This document shows, piece after piece, positions 1 to 31,959 of a stretch of DNA of 64,000 nucleotides (its first letter is position 1; every line of letters starts with the position of its first letter). The DNA comes from Macrostomum lignano (lineage: Eukaryota). Below the pieces are notes generated by a model that saw only the letters and a list, made by a program, of their open reading frames with translations, had not been told where the DNA came from and ran no database searches. The stretch covers positions 124,001-188,000 of the forward strand of contig NIVC01000769.1 in NCBI GenBank assembly GCA_002269645.1. Reading direction: 5' to 3'. A program made the translations under genes and the position numbers.

Positions 1-633
1 CTTGCCAGTCGGGTTTATAGTCCCCCCCCCCTACAGCAAAAATTCTCAGCATCAACATCAAAATTGTTTTCGTGATGCTGGGCCTCGTGGAGTAATGGGG
101 CGCGAGCGATGTTTAAGCACGCGAGGTACACAGTGACAGGATAAGGAAGGACAAAATTATGTAAAACAGCTGGATTAGTGCTTTTTGGCACGGATGCTCA
201 GCGTTTGAGATGTGCAATTTTGAGCATATGATATATATAGGAGAGCAAGTTGATTTCGGTAAAAAGTTAACTGACCCCCATTTATGTTTCTCTATACATG
301 TAGTTACTATGGGTTCTAGAATTTTGGGGTGCTTAAGTGTAAATAGTTTTTCTTAGACCTTTTCTCATTAATTTTTCTGTACAGCTAAGCTGTCTGTCCC
401 TCTGTAGCTTGGGAGGTATACCGTACATATGCATACGCGAGTATAACAATAGCTACTGTATATATATTCTGGTATTATATAGGATTTCTCTCTCATCTTT
501 CTCTTGTCGCAATTCCTAAACAGAAATCTTTATGAGCTGAGCTGAAGTTTTACTCTCCTTCTCTCATAGTCTGGGGCCTGGGGGTCATATATGGAACACA
601 TGATGGCTACTTAACTTATTCCATAAATTTTCT

Positions 634-969
634 TTAAACCCGAATATCATAAACCCGAAAAATCACAACTCCGAATTTTATTAATAGCAACGCACATCAT
701 AAACCCGAAATATCATAAACCCGAAAGTCATATATTTCGTGCTTTTTATAACTCCGAACTTTCATAACTTCGAAAGTTCTAGCAATGTCCAACACTTTTT
801 TGGTTTTCAGAGTTATGATATTTCGGGTTTGTGATATTTCGTGTTTATGAAGTGCGTTGCTAGTAATTTCGGAGTTATGATACCAGTATTTCGGGTTTAT
901 GATATTTTGGGTTCATGATGGAAAGCGCTTTTCGGAGTAGTGATTTTTTGGGTTTGTGATTGCCCCCGG
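634..969. mobile_element. Small foldback/MITE-like relic of inverted short subterminal repeats
   Basis: Repeated (ATC)ATAAACCCGAAA units at about 634-760 are mirrored by TTTCGGGTTT(A/G)TGAT units at about 810-960. The left end looks truncated and no TSD was found. Confidence 0.55.
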
Positions 970-2488
970 CCCCCACAAGTGTTACAGAGTATTTCGTAGA
1001 AAGCTCATGTTTTGCAATTCTCGATTTCGCGCGCATACCATACTACTTGTATTTCTTCGTTCCATTTTAACAATACTCTATAGGCCTACGTATTATTACT
1101 GCGCTTACGAGCTATGCTACTAGCTCGAACCTGTGTAGAACGAAACAAAACCGTCAGATTCCGAATTTCTAGCGCGCGCACGTTAAACCTTTTTTTCAAA
1201 GGAACTTTATATTTTCCGCGTATTTTCAATTTTTGTCGAAATTGCTAAATAAATTATCGGTTTTAGCTTTGGGAATGTGGGAGCGTACATTAATTAGCCT
1301 ACTTTTCCGAGAAAATACATTGAGCTGAGTTGGCCGAACACGCTATTTGCCTGACCTACTTACTCTACTAATGCTTAGCTAGTTTTTTACAATCTCAACT
1401 TATATTTATACATACTGACTTAGGAGAGTCGAGACACAGGCAGATAGGCTGAGAGTATGAGTAATGAGAGTGCTATAATAGACCTATAATAGTTGGAGGG
1501 CAAGTGTACCCTAAGAGTAGGCCTAGAATTTCAATATCAGCTCACCATAGGCAAATTTGTTTTTGTGCAGGCCTAGCTTAGCTAGAGGCTAGAGCATGTC
1601 AACAACATCAAACAAAAACTTTTGTTTAGTTTAGACTAATTCAAATAGATTTTAGCAGTAGGCCTTACTCATTACTGGCCGATATCTAATATTGACAATC
1701 CTGGCAGTTTGCTGCATAGAATTATTTTTCAGTTTTTTTACACAGATGATTGAAATCAGGGGAATATGAGTAGAAGGCATATTATTATATATAGGCCCTA
1801 AGTGTTAGGACAGTCAGGTTAAGTGTCAGATCAGTTAAGAATAGGCCCTAGTAGGCAGTAGGCTAATATTAATAATTAGACCTATAAGTGGTAAGCCATC
1901 CAATATGGAAAGAGGAAGTTTCTAAAGACCTTTCCCAGAAAAAAGAGCACCATATAGATATAGGCCTAAGCATGGCCAATTAGCAAATAGTTGACATCTT
2001 ATTGACTATTAGCAATGTGAGCAATGAGCTTCTATAGGTTAATATCAATGTCAATAAGCTTGGCAATTGGCCTTAGGTCAGGCTAGTCAGCTTCAAAGAT
2101 GATTGTGGTTATGCTTTAGGCCTTCTAGCCATTATATTTATATATAAATATGAATATAAACAATTAAATTATATTTATATAGGCCTTCTAGCCATTACAA
2201 AGTTAAATTGGTTTTTATTTTTTAAAAGTTTGAAGTTTGAAGCCAATAACAAACTATTTAAACTGAAATTGACTAGGCCTATTCAAAATCAAATAAAGAT
2301 ATTAAGTTATAAAGAATTTTTTCGTTAAATATTTGATATTTATATTATATAGGCCCTATATAGCCTATAGGGTTAATATAATAGGCTTATTAGTATTAAT
2401 ATTCACAATAAACTAAATTGACTAAAGGTTTTATTTATATTTATAAAAAACACTTTAAATCCAAAGTGTAGGCAATTGCTCTATTTAC

Positions 2489-2888
2489 TAGAGGTCAGAT
2501 GGGATTGAAATCTTTGGGTTGGGCAAGATCGGGATCGGGAATAATTTTTTTCTCGGGATCGGGATCGAGATTTCGGGAATCAGGATCAGGTCTTTTAGTG
2601 TATTGTCCATGTAAAGTTAAACAAAATTGAGAAAAGATTGTCAAGATCAAGAAGTAAAACACAACAAAATTGATATGAAGTTTTGTAACCAACAAAGTAA
2701 ATAATGTAACGAGTTACAAGTTAAAGCAAAATACCTTCAAGTAATCATTAATTCTATAAATTATTAATCAAAAGACCTGTTCCCAAATCTCGAGTTTTTT
2801 AGGGTCAGGATTCTGGTCCTGCGGGAATTCAATTTTTCTCGGGATCCCGAGATTTCGGGATCAGGATCGGGATCCCATCCGACCTTTA
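2489..2888. mobile_element. hAT-type MITE, 400 bp
   Basis: TIR TAGAGGTCAGATGGGAT / ATCCCATCCGACCTTTA. Perfect 8-bp TSD CTATTTAC at 2481-2488 and 2889-2896. GATCGG subterminal repeats. Confidence 0.85.
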
Positions 2889-5392
2889 CTATTTACTAGG
2901 CCTAAGTATTCATAGGCCCTACTTTAAAAAACTTTGTTTTATAAAATATTTTCTAAGCTTTTAAAAGCAATAGGCCTTATAAAAAAACACAATATAGGCC
3001 TAGTCTTACTATTTAATATATCATATCATGCAATGATTATTATATAATAATACTATCTTGCCTAAGATTTTTAAAGGATTTTAAAAAAATTATACAACTA
3101 AGTAAAGACTCTGACAAGCTGAAAAACAAGGTCAAAAGTTGCAGAAAATTGTAAAGTAGTGCCTATTGTAAAATTAAAATCAAGCCAGTATGCAAACAAA
3201 CTAGAAAAAATAAATATACACTACCAACTAGACAAAAAATAAACCACAATAGTTTTTAAACTATCTTAAAATGTGCAACATAAGCCAAGTTATGTTAAAC
3301 AGAAGTTTGGCTACTTTTTGATAGAAAAACCAAAGTGAAGATGCAACTTATAAAACTGATATTTTGGAAAATTGAAATTTAAAGTAAGTTAAGCCTATTT
3401 AAACACAAATAAAGACTAGATATAAGTAGAGTAGCAATTAAAGTGTATTCCAGGACAAAACAGCAATCATTTTTTCCTAACATCTTTATTTTGCTAGTGG
3501 AAATTTTGTTTTCTTTTTTCAAACCCTTCTAATAACAGCAATGATTAAATGTGTTTGGTTATAAACAGGGCCTTGTGGAGTGTATCAATTGCAATTAACA
3601 TATCCAAAAAGGTGTTCCTGCAGAGCAGTTTCTCAGGTTGTTTTTGCATTGAATGTCTATAGGCAATTAAAAAATTAGCATTTTTTTCATTATGGAAAAG
3701 AAGCAACAAAGCTTTGAAAGCTGTTTCTAGCATAGATTTCATATCTAAATACAATGCAAGAATCAGTTTGAGTGTAAGTGTAGTGTCCCGCATAGGCATT
3801 TTTGCATTTGAAGTTTTTTTGAAGCTACTAACAATAAGAAAATGAGCACTTTTTACTATTTTTGCAAGAGCTTATTTTGTTAAAACTTTGTTTAAAACTT
3901 TTGTTTAATTTTTTACTTCTGTTTTATTATTCAAAATGGCATACAAACAAAAGCAAACAATGATCTCATTGCCAGATCTTCCCACAACCCCAATAATTGT
4001 ACTGATGGTTTGGGTAAATGGCAAGAATAAATACCTCATCATCTAATTAGTACTCCTTTCCTAATTTAAAGTACTAATTAGATGGGCATTTTTGCAACTT
4101 ACCTTGCTAGGCCACTTGCTAGACAGATGATTGGCTTGGTGTTGAACCTGGATGATCTATATAATATACAGAAAAAAAATAGAATAATTGTGGTCTAAGG
4201 ATTAAAATTCCATTTATGGCACCTCATTATTTTAAGAATAGAAGAAAAACTATCAATTGTATTTTGCAAAGCACTAATACAAAAAAATCTAAAAGAAAAA
4301 TGCTAAAAATGACACTAAGCTCATAAAATTCGGTGTAGCAAAGTTACAGTTTAAAGGACTCAAATAAATCAATTTTTTGGTCAAAATGATCATAGTCCTA
4401 ATGTAAATTTCCCATTAGGAAACCCAATTTTTTCATTAAAAATTGAATAACTTCTTTATTCCTTAAACAAATTTTACAAATGAGACCATTTTGGAGCATC
4501 CTGTATATAGTTGGGCTTTTATGGTAGAGTCTTATTGAAGCAGTGAGGTCATCCTTGTCTGCCTTGCAACTTTGTTGCTAGGTGCTTGATGGTCATTTGC
4601 TATCTGCTCATGCATTGAGTTAGCTATATTAAAGTCTTGGTTGCATGCTCAATAGTCATGGTAGCTTTTGCAACATACTAGTTTCTATACTACATAGATG
4701 GTGGTTATAGACTTAGATGAGGCATTGCTACTGCCACTGGATCTTTTTCTCAATGCTCAAGCTAAGGTAGGTAGGCTTTTTCTACTTTTTTGTTGTTTCT
4801 ATCTATTATAGGTTTGAGATCATAATGACTCAAGCAAGGCATTGTCATTTCAAGGTATGGAAAGGTGTTCCAGCCTAGCTATGCTCTGGCATGGTGTCTT
4901 AAAGCTGGGTAATTGTAGGTGCTAGATAGGAAATGCAAGCTACAGACTTGCAAATTTTGTTTGCATATAGTTGCAAGTTCATGAATTCAAGCTCCAAAAT
5001 CTACTACTAATGCGGAGCTACTTTATATATTGCTTGGAAAGCAATGAAGATGAATGGGCTATCTAGCCTCCAGTAGTAACATTAAGCTAATTGTATATCT
5101 AGATGTGCAGCAACATTATGCACTTAGCATGATTAAGTAATTTTGTCAATGTCAATTGATTTAAAGCTAAGAAATGCTATATAGAAGGTAACTATTAAAA
5201 AGTCTACAGTGTAAATACATTTTTCTAGTTCTCTCAACTACCCATAAGCAATTTATAGGTTAAAGTGTTACATAGACCCTTGCTTGAAAGGGAGGAGAGG
5301 TTAAGTAGTTGATTGAGCAAACAACCTAAATTAAGTGTATGCATTGCAAGCAAGAGAGAAAGTGGTGGTGCCCCAGCCCCTAGCCTCCTCTT

Positions 5393-5689
5393 CATACATG
5401 CGCAACCTCCAAAATTCGGTCGGCCGTGCGACTTAGTTTTAACAAAAAATGCGACGTAGTTTTTGGCCAAAAATGCGACTTACATGTAAAAAACCCTAAA
5501 GCAAAATTACCACAACTTTAGATAAACGGCAGGAGTAACTATGACTGTCTTATTAAGCCGCAATGCCTCGTCAGCTACTTAGTACTACTACTTGGGTGTT
5601 TTTTGGGTGGGCATTTTTGCGACTTCCTTGGTTGGCCGCCAAATCGGTCGGCCGAATCGGCCGACTTGGCCAACTGTTGCGCATGTATG
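5393..5689. mobile_element. hAT-type MITE, intact copy of the family interrupted at 41416-45444
   Basis: TIR CATACATGCGCAAC / GTTGCGCATGTATG. 8-bp TSD CTCCTCTT at 5385-5392 and 5690-5697. Confidence 0.9.
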
Positions 5690-6576
5690 CTCCTCTTGTT
5701 TGCTTGTGTGTGGTATTTATTAGAATTGCTGCTCTTTCATTAGCTGAGCTCGATTGGGCCTACCCCCTAGGCTAAGTTTCATCTATCTTGTATTCATTTG
5801 TATATATCAAGCTATTTGAGTTAATAGATGCTTATTCATTCTTAATCCCATATGCTCCTAAGGCTGCAAACCCAAGGAAAAAAAGTAAATTTTACCTGCT
5901 ATATTAATTTTAAATTATATTAGCATAGACAACTACTAAAAAAAGAATAGATATTCTACTTTTCACAATTTTAATTGAGTGACATCTACTTTGTAGTTAT
6001 TCTAGTATTTGAAGGATAAAATAAATAAAACAACACTTATTATTACTATAAGTGCTGTTTTTTTAATAGAAAAAGTAATAAAACATGAACAACTTTTATC
6101 TTTTTTCCATATAAATTTTAAATTAATACCTAAAGCTAAAAAATAAGTTTTATAATTCTTTCTTTAAACTTAATGTAGTGCTCAGTAGCTTTGCTTTTAA
6201 GCGCAATAACTTTGATTGCAACAAGTGCAATATCCAATTTTTTTTAAATGAATTCAAGCGTGTTTTTTGCAAAGAAAGCTGCACACAATTTTTTTAGAGT
6301 CGCACAAGTTTGCCAGAAATGTGCATGCAAGTGCACAAGTTTTTGTTAGTGCACATCAGTGCGTGGAATGTGTCCAGGATTCCTGGTTAGTAGTAGACAC
6401 CAAGTAGCATTCCTATCTGATATTCTTATCCATTATCTGCACAGCTATATAATCTGATGATGTAGCTTGGGCTTTTTTAGCTATTCCCTTCGACTATTTT
6501 TAAATATTTTGTGATGTTTGTAGGGCTCTCCTCCATTAAATTGTCACTCATCATCCTACCCAAGTAGCGCCGGTTA

Positions 6577-6648
6577 GCCGTGATCGTATAGTGGTTAGTA
6601 CTTCTCGTTGTGGCCGAGACAACCCAGGTTCGAATCCTGGTCACGGCA
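6577..6648 (+). tRNA. trnH-GUG: tRNA-His (GUG)
   Basis: GCCGTGA acceptor stem pairs with TCACGGC. Anticodon stem TCTCG/CGAGA with loop TTGTGGC (GTG at 6610-6612). T-loop GGTTCGAATCC. Closely matches canonical metazoan tRNA-His. Confidence 0.97.
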
Positions 6649-6693
6649 AGTATCTGTGACGTATATAGCTGTTGCATGGCACAGGGCGCTTTA

Positions 6694-6699
6694 TTTTTT
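6694..6699 (+). terminator. Probable Pol III oligo-T terminator of tRNA-His
   Basis: First run of at least 4 T (T6) lies about 45 nt downstream of the tRNA 3' end. Confidence 0.55.
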
Positions 6700-6895
6700 C
6701 TTTTGAAATCTCTCTGTTAAGTTGAGAGGCCTTATATTGTTTTCGATATATCCAAATATTTTTTGATTAATTAATTATTTACGTTAATTTTGACACATTG
6801 ACGATATGTATCGAATGTTTTATAACAAGGCAGAAAAATACACATTTATGACTGACAATTTCTTTCAAATTGATGTCTCAGTCGGTACCAGCGAT

Positions 6896-25528
<18,633 letters not shown>

Positions 25529-26500
25529 CGTCGCTTGCGAAAATTCAATAATTAAAGTCTTTACTATTGATAATTGAAAAGTTTTTAACTCGTTGAATTA
25601 AAATTTGCAGCTGTTTGTATTCAACTGATTTATTTAATATTTGTTGTAGCGATAAACTACTACTATATTGTCTATATTGTTATTTGCTATTATAATACGA
25701 GTAATTATGTTTTTGTCAATCGCTGACCCCAGTGACCTCGGCATGTTGTCTGACTGTCCCGTGATTTATCAATCGGTTAACGATGCAATCATACTTCAGT
25801 ATGAGTGCGAGTTTTCTTTTTCAAAGGTTCTTCAAACAAATTTTACTATAACAGTGTAACAGAAGCATTGCCATTTTTTAACTTTACCCGCACGCACTCC
25901 CCGTGCCAGTTTGAGTTGCAAGTATTCTGCTTCTCTGTGCAATTTTCCGTGTTGTCTGCTTTAATCCGCTTTTCTAAATAGCAATTTTTATACTTTGCCT
26001 AACTGTCAAACTAATAGTTATTAAATCAGTTCCGAGCACTGCAGCTACTAATAGTAGTTATGCAGCGCCAGAAAAACTCGGTGCCGTTTAGGCGTTCAGT
26101 TTTGTTGTGCATAAATTGCTAAGAGATGCTTTTTGTTTGTTATTTTACGAGGCAAAAAACATGAAGCCACTTTAAAGCATGGAAGCTGGTTTACAGGACA
26201 AATACTTTTGACTCAAAGAGAAAAAAGAGAATGAAAAAAGTAGACAGCACTTTGTGTATTTCCTTGCTATGTAGCGGGCGTCAAGCGCGGCTTGTAAGCG
26301 ACAGTCAATTCTGATTAATCATCTATCTTTGCTAGCAGATAAAAATAAATTAAATATTGCCCGAGAGGCAAGCAGTACAAGAAAATAAATTTGCATTGAC
26401 CGACTTTTGTGTGGAGCAGCAGAGCGGGGATGGCCTCGGTCAGTCACGGGTCCACGACACAAACTGACTGCCGGGCTTAAAGCCACAGATACAAGAATAA

Positions 26501-26948
26501 CTAGATGGGCCACTCAGGCAAATATACTTAGCAAAACAGCTTTCAACTTTCAGTTCAGTAGCATTGAATAATACATAAGCTATTTTATAAGAATTTAGGA
26601 ATAAAGGCAGGCAGCTGATCGGCCGATCGAAATGACTGATAAGTTTAGAAGCCAAGCTTGCAGACGTAAACAGCTTACTAATTGGTTGAACCATAATGTA
26701 CATTAACCACTGTCAAAATATACATGGGAGATTTAGACTGGAACAACGGAGGAAGGTAAGAAAGATTGGGTAGCGGGGCAGGGGTAGAGGTTCTTTGTGG
26801 AGTGAGGGTTTAATTAAGCTTTGGGGGGGGGGGGTAAGAGCCAATAAAAATTAAGCCTTGTCTTTAAAATACATTTAAATGCTCCAGTTAACCTTACTAC
26901 TGAACTGAAAGTAGCTTGCACGCAAATGTGCTGAGTGGCCTATCTTAG
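26501..26948. mobile_element. MITE relic, second copy of the 8855-9174 family
   Basis: Ends CTAGATGGGCCACTCAG / CTGAGTGGCCTATCTTAG. Confidence 0.55.
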
Positions 26949-27560
26949 TATTCTTAGTTATTTTAGTATCTGTGCCTAAACCTGAACCCTAATACCCTAA
27001 TTCAGAAACCTAATCTCTAATAGTGGGCAGTTAATTGTCGCTGCCCCGTCGTCACAAACAGCTCGCATGCGGCTATTGGCTAGTTAATCAAAGTGAATTA
27101 TTTGGCGCAAAAATAGACTCCAATATGAATATAATAGAATATATTAAAATAAATAATTGAGCATTGAAAGCAAGCCAGACAGCGAGTTAAACATGCACAC
27201 AATCAGAAGATTCATATTGGCCAAGATACACATGAAAATCGCGACAAAAAACAGGCAGATAATTCACGTACAACATGGTAGAGAGCCTTCACGAATAGTA
27301 CAAGACGAAACAAAGACTCTTGGGCGGGCTTGAGTGCAAATTAAATTCAATAATTCATTGATATTAGACGCCTTGCTTGGCGGTGAGTGTATAAATTTTC
27401 TGGACAAAGAAGACTGATATTCGAATTAATTAGACAAGCGAGAATGGCTCGATAAGATCTTGCGTTGCAGACTTTGGCTGTGAAAGGAAGACCAAACTCT
27501 CAGTGCGGTAATCCGTACTACTAATAGTACAAAGATCATATATAAACACAAGACAGGTAA

Positions 27561-28428
27561 CTACTACTACTACTAAATAAGTAAACCGGCGCCTCAGCCA
27601 TTGATCAGGCTCTTACGCCACTAGAGAAATATAGGTTCCAAGTTGGGAGTGTACTTATGTACACTAAGATCCTAATTAGAGCTAAGAGGACTGTATATTG
27701 GGCAAATGACAAATCAAAAACCTCCCCGGGGGACAGTGACAGCGGTTCGACGAACCAGTCAGGAAGCCCGTGCCCAAAAAACCTGGTTAGTAGACCCCTT
27801 TCCAATTAGGGTTGGCCCGAAGGCCGAGAGCCGTGGCTACCATACTGGGGCCGACCACCCACCACCCCCGGGTACTCAAGCCAAACATAACAAAAACCTC
27901 CCCGGGCTAGAGGGGGGTGAACGAACCAATCAGGGAAGCCCGTGGCTTCTCCGGGTTAGAAAAGCCAAAAAACCGGTCATATGACCGCTCCCACGTCCGT
28001 GGCAACCCTCGAGGAGCCTCCCCCCCCAACTAAACCCCGGGTACTCTTGCCAAGACAGTCTCTTATCTTTGAAGCGGCAGGAGGGCCAATCGCCGGGACT
28101 ATTTCACCCTTTGCTTCGCCAACCCGCCATTTCTATAGTGACCGTGCCAACGGTCTCGTCCTGTTCAGACTCAGTCCTGGTTCTGGCACACTCCAGCTTT
28201 AATAGAGTCGCTGGCTGTTCGCTCAGAGGGCACTCCGAGGGGGACCGTCAGAGCACCAACTGGAACAGGTATAGGCCTGCCTTCCTATACAGCTACCCAC
28301 AGCCCTTCCTGATCCACTATTATCCTCCAACCCAGCCTACTAACTAATTACAAGCTTTCGGCCAGGCAGAGACAAGTTTCACAGGGGTACTGCGGTTAGG
28401 CGCCTCTATGCGAGACAAAACCAAAAAC
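27561..28428 (-). mobile_element. Non-LTR retroposon insertion (SINE-like or truncated LINE), 868 bp
   Basis: Perfect 15-bp TSD ACACAAGACAGGTAA at 27546-27560 and 28429-28443. (TAG)n tail at the minus-strand 3' end. No recognisable ORF. Confidence 0.8.
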
Positions 28429-28769
28429 ACACAAGACAGGTAATGTGTAAATATTACCTTCTTATAGCAGTTAACTAATAAGGGCCCATCTTGTGATTAT
28501 ATATAACCTTTGGTACAATACGATTAGTAACTATTACTGAATACACAACACAAGCAGTTTTGATAGAAATTGAAATAAGCAACAAAATTGAAATAAGCAA
28601 CAAAATTGAAAAATATAACGGAGAAAAATCAATCTAAATAATTTGAAAGATTAAATTAATGTACGGAGAAGCAGAGACACAAATGGATATTTATTTATTG
28701 TATACCCGAGTCGCCAGACGATATGCGCAAGATGCATCTTTCAGTAGATTTTCTAAGAAAAACGTGCCG

Positions 28770-31661
28770 TCACAGCAGCTCCACGAAGGCCCTCGGGAAC
28801 ATTCCGCGGCGACCGTCAGCCGCCATCCCGGACAGCCAGTCCGGCCCGAGCTCCGTCAGGCTGGTCAGCAGGTCGCCAGCCTGGAAGCTCAACTCGTCCG
28901 ATTCTCGACCAGCGAAGTCGTGAATCGCGCGCGCGCTCGGCGCCGGCTCGGCCGCTGCCGACTCCTCGGAGACGACAAACGCGGCAGGAAAGTTGCCGGC
29001 CTCCTCGTCGACACCGCCGTTATCTGCTTCTCCTGGCCGGCGCCGACGAACTCCTCGAAGCCACTCGCCGCCGGGCAGCTCGGCGAGGACGTCGACCGAG
29101 TCGCCGACCTGCAGTGCCAGATCGCCGGCCTCCTGCGCCGGGAAAGCGTAGGCGGCCGTCGCCGGGTAGAGAATCAAGCGGACGTGATTGGCTGGGAAGA
29201 GGCCGCGCGGCCCGCTACCCAGTCGGCCCTCAAGCCAATCAGAGTCGACCCGGCGAACCTCGCTAATCAGCTGACCGGCTGGGAAGCTCAGATCGCCCGG
29301 ATGATCCGATTTGTATTCGTGCAGACTGCGAGCTTTGGTTGCTAAGGACTCGGCTGCCGCCGGTGGCGATGGCGCGGCTGCCGAGGGTGGCGATGGCGCA
29401 GGAGCTGAAGAAGAAAAGAAAACAAAGAAAACAGGTACAACGGTTTTGAAAATAACCAAAAATAGCAATTCAAGTCTTTAATCCTCAACACCTTCTCTTT
29501 AATCCTCAGCACCTTCTCTTTAATCTTTACAGTCCCATCTAACCCTACTGATACTTGCAGACACAAAAGGGGCTCACAGTCCTTAGCCGGAGCCAAATAG
29601 CTGCAGGCCACAAGGCCTTCCAGACAGTCGCCAGTGAGTCGCCTTGCCAACATCCAGTTATCGTCTTCTCGGCGTACAATAGTCATGAGATCGCCGCGCC
29701 GCAGGCTGAGAATGCCGGGATCTGGCGGATTGGCCAGGTCGAATTTGGCCGAGCACACGGAGCCGGGTGTCAAGTGACCGGTTAAATCCGGCGCCAACTC
29801 TGGCTGGGGAGGCTGCGTCTGCGGCAGCTGCTGAGGTTGCCGCTTGAACGGCTGCTGGTGTGCCGGCGGGGGCGGCGCCGGCGCTTTTCTCGACTTTGCT
29901 GCTGGCTGCGGCGGCTGCTGTTGCTGCTGCTGCTGCTGGGGATGCCCAAAGTCCAAGTCTAGCAGTAGCAGAGCATTGCTGGAAGCGCTTGATGTTACCT
30001 GCGATTGTTATGAAATTAGATATTAGGCATGCTTAGTTTCATGGCGATTCTTTGGTGGGTCAAGAGGCGATTCTTCGGTGGGTCAAGTGGCGATTCTTTG
30101 GTGGGTCAAGGGCCGATTCTTTGGTGGGTCAAGTGGCGATTCTTTGGTGGGTCAAGGGGTGATTCTTGAGGTGGGTCAAGGGGCGATGCTTGAGGTAGGT
30201 CAAGGGGCGATGCTTGAGGTGGGTCAAGGGGCGATGCTTGAGGTGGGTCAAGGGGCGATGCTTGAGGTAGGTCAAGGGGCGATGCTTGAGGTGGGTCAAG
30301 GGGCGATGCTTGAGGTGGGTCAAGGGGCGATGCTTGAGGTAGGTCAAGGGGCAATTCTTTAAGTGGGTCAAGGGGCGAATCTTTAGGTGGGTCAAGGGGC
30401 AATTCTTTAAGTGGGTCAAGGGGCAATTCTTTAGATGGGTCAAGGGGCAATTCTTTAGGTGGGTCAAGGGGCGATGCTTGAGGTAGGTCAAGGGGCAATT
30501 CTTTAAGTGGGTCAAGGGGCGATTCTTTGGGTGGGTCAAGGGGCAATTCTTTAAGTGGGTCAAGGGGCAATTCTTTAAGTGGGTCAAGGGGCAATTCTTT
30601 AGGTGGGTCAAGGGGCAATTCTATAGGTGGGTCAAGGGGCAATTCTTTAGGTGGGTCAAGGGGCAATTCTTTAAGTGGGTCAAGGGGCAATTCTTTAAGT
30701 GGGTCAATGGGCAATTCTTTAAGTAGGTAAAGGGGCGATTCTTTGGTCGGTGGCTGGCGATCAGGTCAGGTAAGTGGCATTTAAGGGTCAGTAAAAGGAT
30801 AGTTGCTGCAACGCATTTGTGATGGTAAAGGTATGATTTTTTGGGGGCTATCATTAACCTTAGGCGGCTGACTGGGCCTTGGTGGAGGCTGAGTCGGCCT
30901 GGGCGGCGGTGTCTGCCGCGTCGCCCGAAGTTGCGTAGCCGACGAGGACGATGCCGGCGGCGGGGCCGGCGCAGCCTTGGCCTTGGGCGACTCCTTTCGA
31001 AATGATGGATTGAACAGAGCCTGGGCTCCGCCTCCGGGCTAAGAATTAAAAATGAACAAAAAGAAATACACATGAATAATAATTCTAGCAGAGCAGCAGC
31101 AGATTTTTTGATTATAAAGTCTAGAATCAGGTAAATGAGAGCATCGCTAATTGCTTCCTATCAAATTGATTCATAACACACAACACTAGAATGCAAGACC
31201 CGCACCATACTACTTACATTCACACTGAGACATTCCAGACTGCCGCCGTGTCTGCCGTTGTCCGATCTGATGATCAGCGGCTGCTGCGTGCGCGGCGCCG
31301 ATGCGTCGATAAAAAACGTCGGCTGAGTCGATACGGGCGGCGGCGCCGGCGGCAAAGGAGATGACAAGTCGATCAGATTGGCGCTGTCTTCAAATGTGGC
31401 CCAACCGGATTGGGGACTCTGCCGCTGCTTAGGTCGCTCTTCTGTGGGCGAGCCGGCGTCCAGCAGGTTTTCGTAGCTCTTCTGCTTGCCCGGCTTCAGC
31501 CTGCTGAGCAGGCCGCCGCCCGACTTGCCCGAGCCGCTCTCCGCCGCGGCAATTTGCTGCTGCTGCCGCTGTTCGTTATCGTTCTCTTCTAGCTTGCCAG
31601 GCTTTGATGACAGCGGACTGCCAATATCCAGATTGCGCAAGCTCTTTATAACCCGGCTCAT
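28770..31661 (-). CDS. Proline-rich adaptor with four SH3 domains (SH3D19-like), 559 aa
   Basis: Exons 31661-31218, 31038-30859, 29998-29578, 29404-28770; GT-AG with matching phases. SH3 signatures: AKFD..LSLRRGD..W..G, HEYK..LSF..DWLEG..GLFPANHV, AYAF..WLRG..FPAAFV, HDF..ELSF..W..GMFPRAFVELL. Orthology and the 5' end are uncertain. Confidence 0.85.
30043..30746 (-). repeat. 24-bp minisatellite in SH3-gene intron 2
   Basis: Plus-strand unit GTGGGTCAAGGGGC(G/A)AT(G/T)CTT.., about 29 copies in sub-variant blocks. Confidence 0.95.
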
Positions 31662-31959
31662 TGTGCACACAGATGGCTTTGTTAAAACCAACAATAAGTA
31701 GTCTGCAACTACCCGCTTTCTGCTGGCCAATTATGGATTAGGGAGTCAAAAAGCAGATGACTTTGCCAGAGCCAGGAGGGCCTGTTCCGCGCCACAGCGG
31801 CGGCGAGCTGGCTGCGCAGCAATGCGGAAGAGCGGCATTGGGGGAGGGAAATGCTTTGTGATTTGCCTCATCAGTCTAGTCCGGAAGCTCTTTACTAATT
31901 CGAAATCTTACTTCTTAATCCACAGCACAGCATACTAATCCCAAAGCCCACATGCAAAA

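Noticed and set aside
30078-30730. PLDP / THLK / GQGAMLEV repeat ORFs
   Set aside because: 24-bp minisatellite inside an intron.
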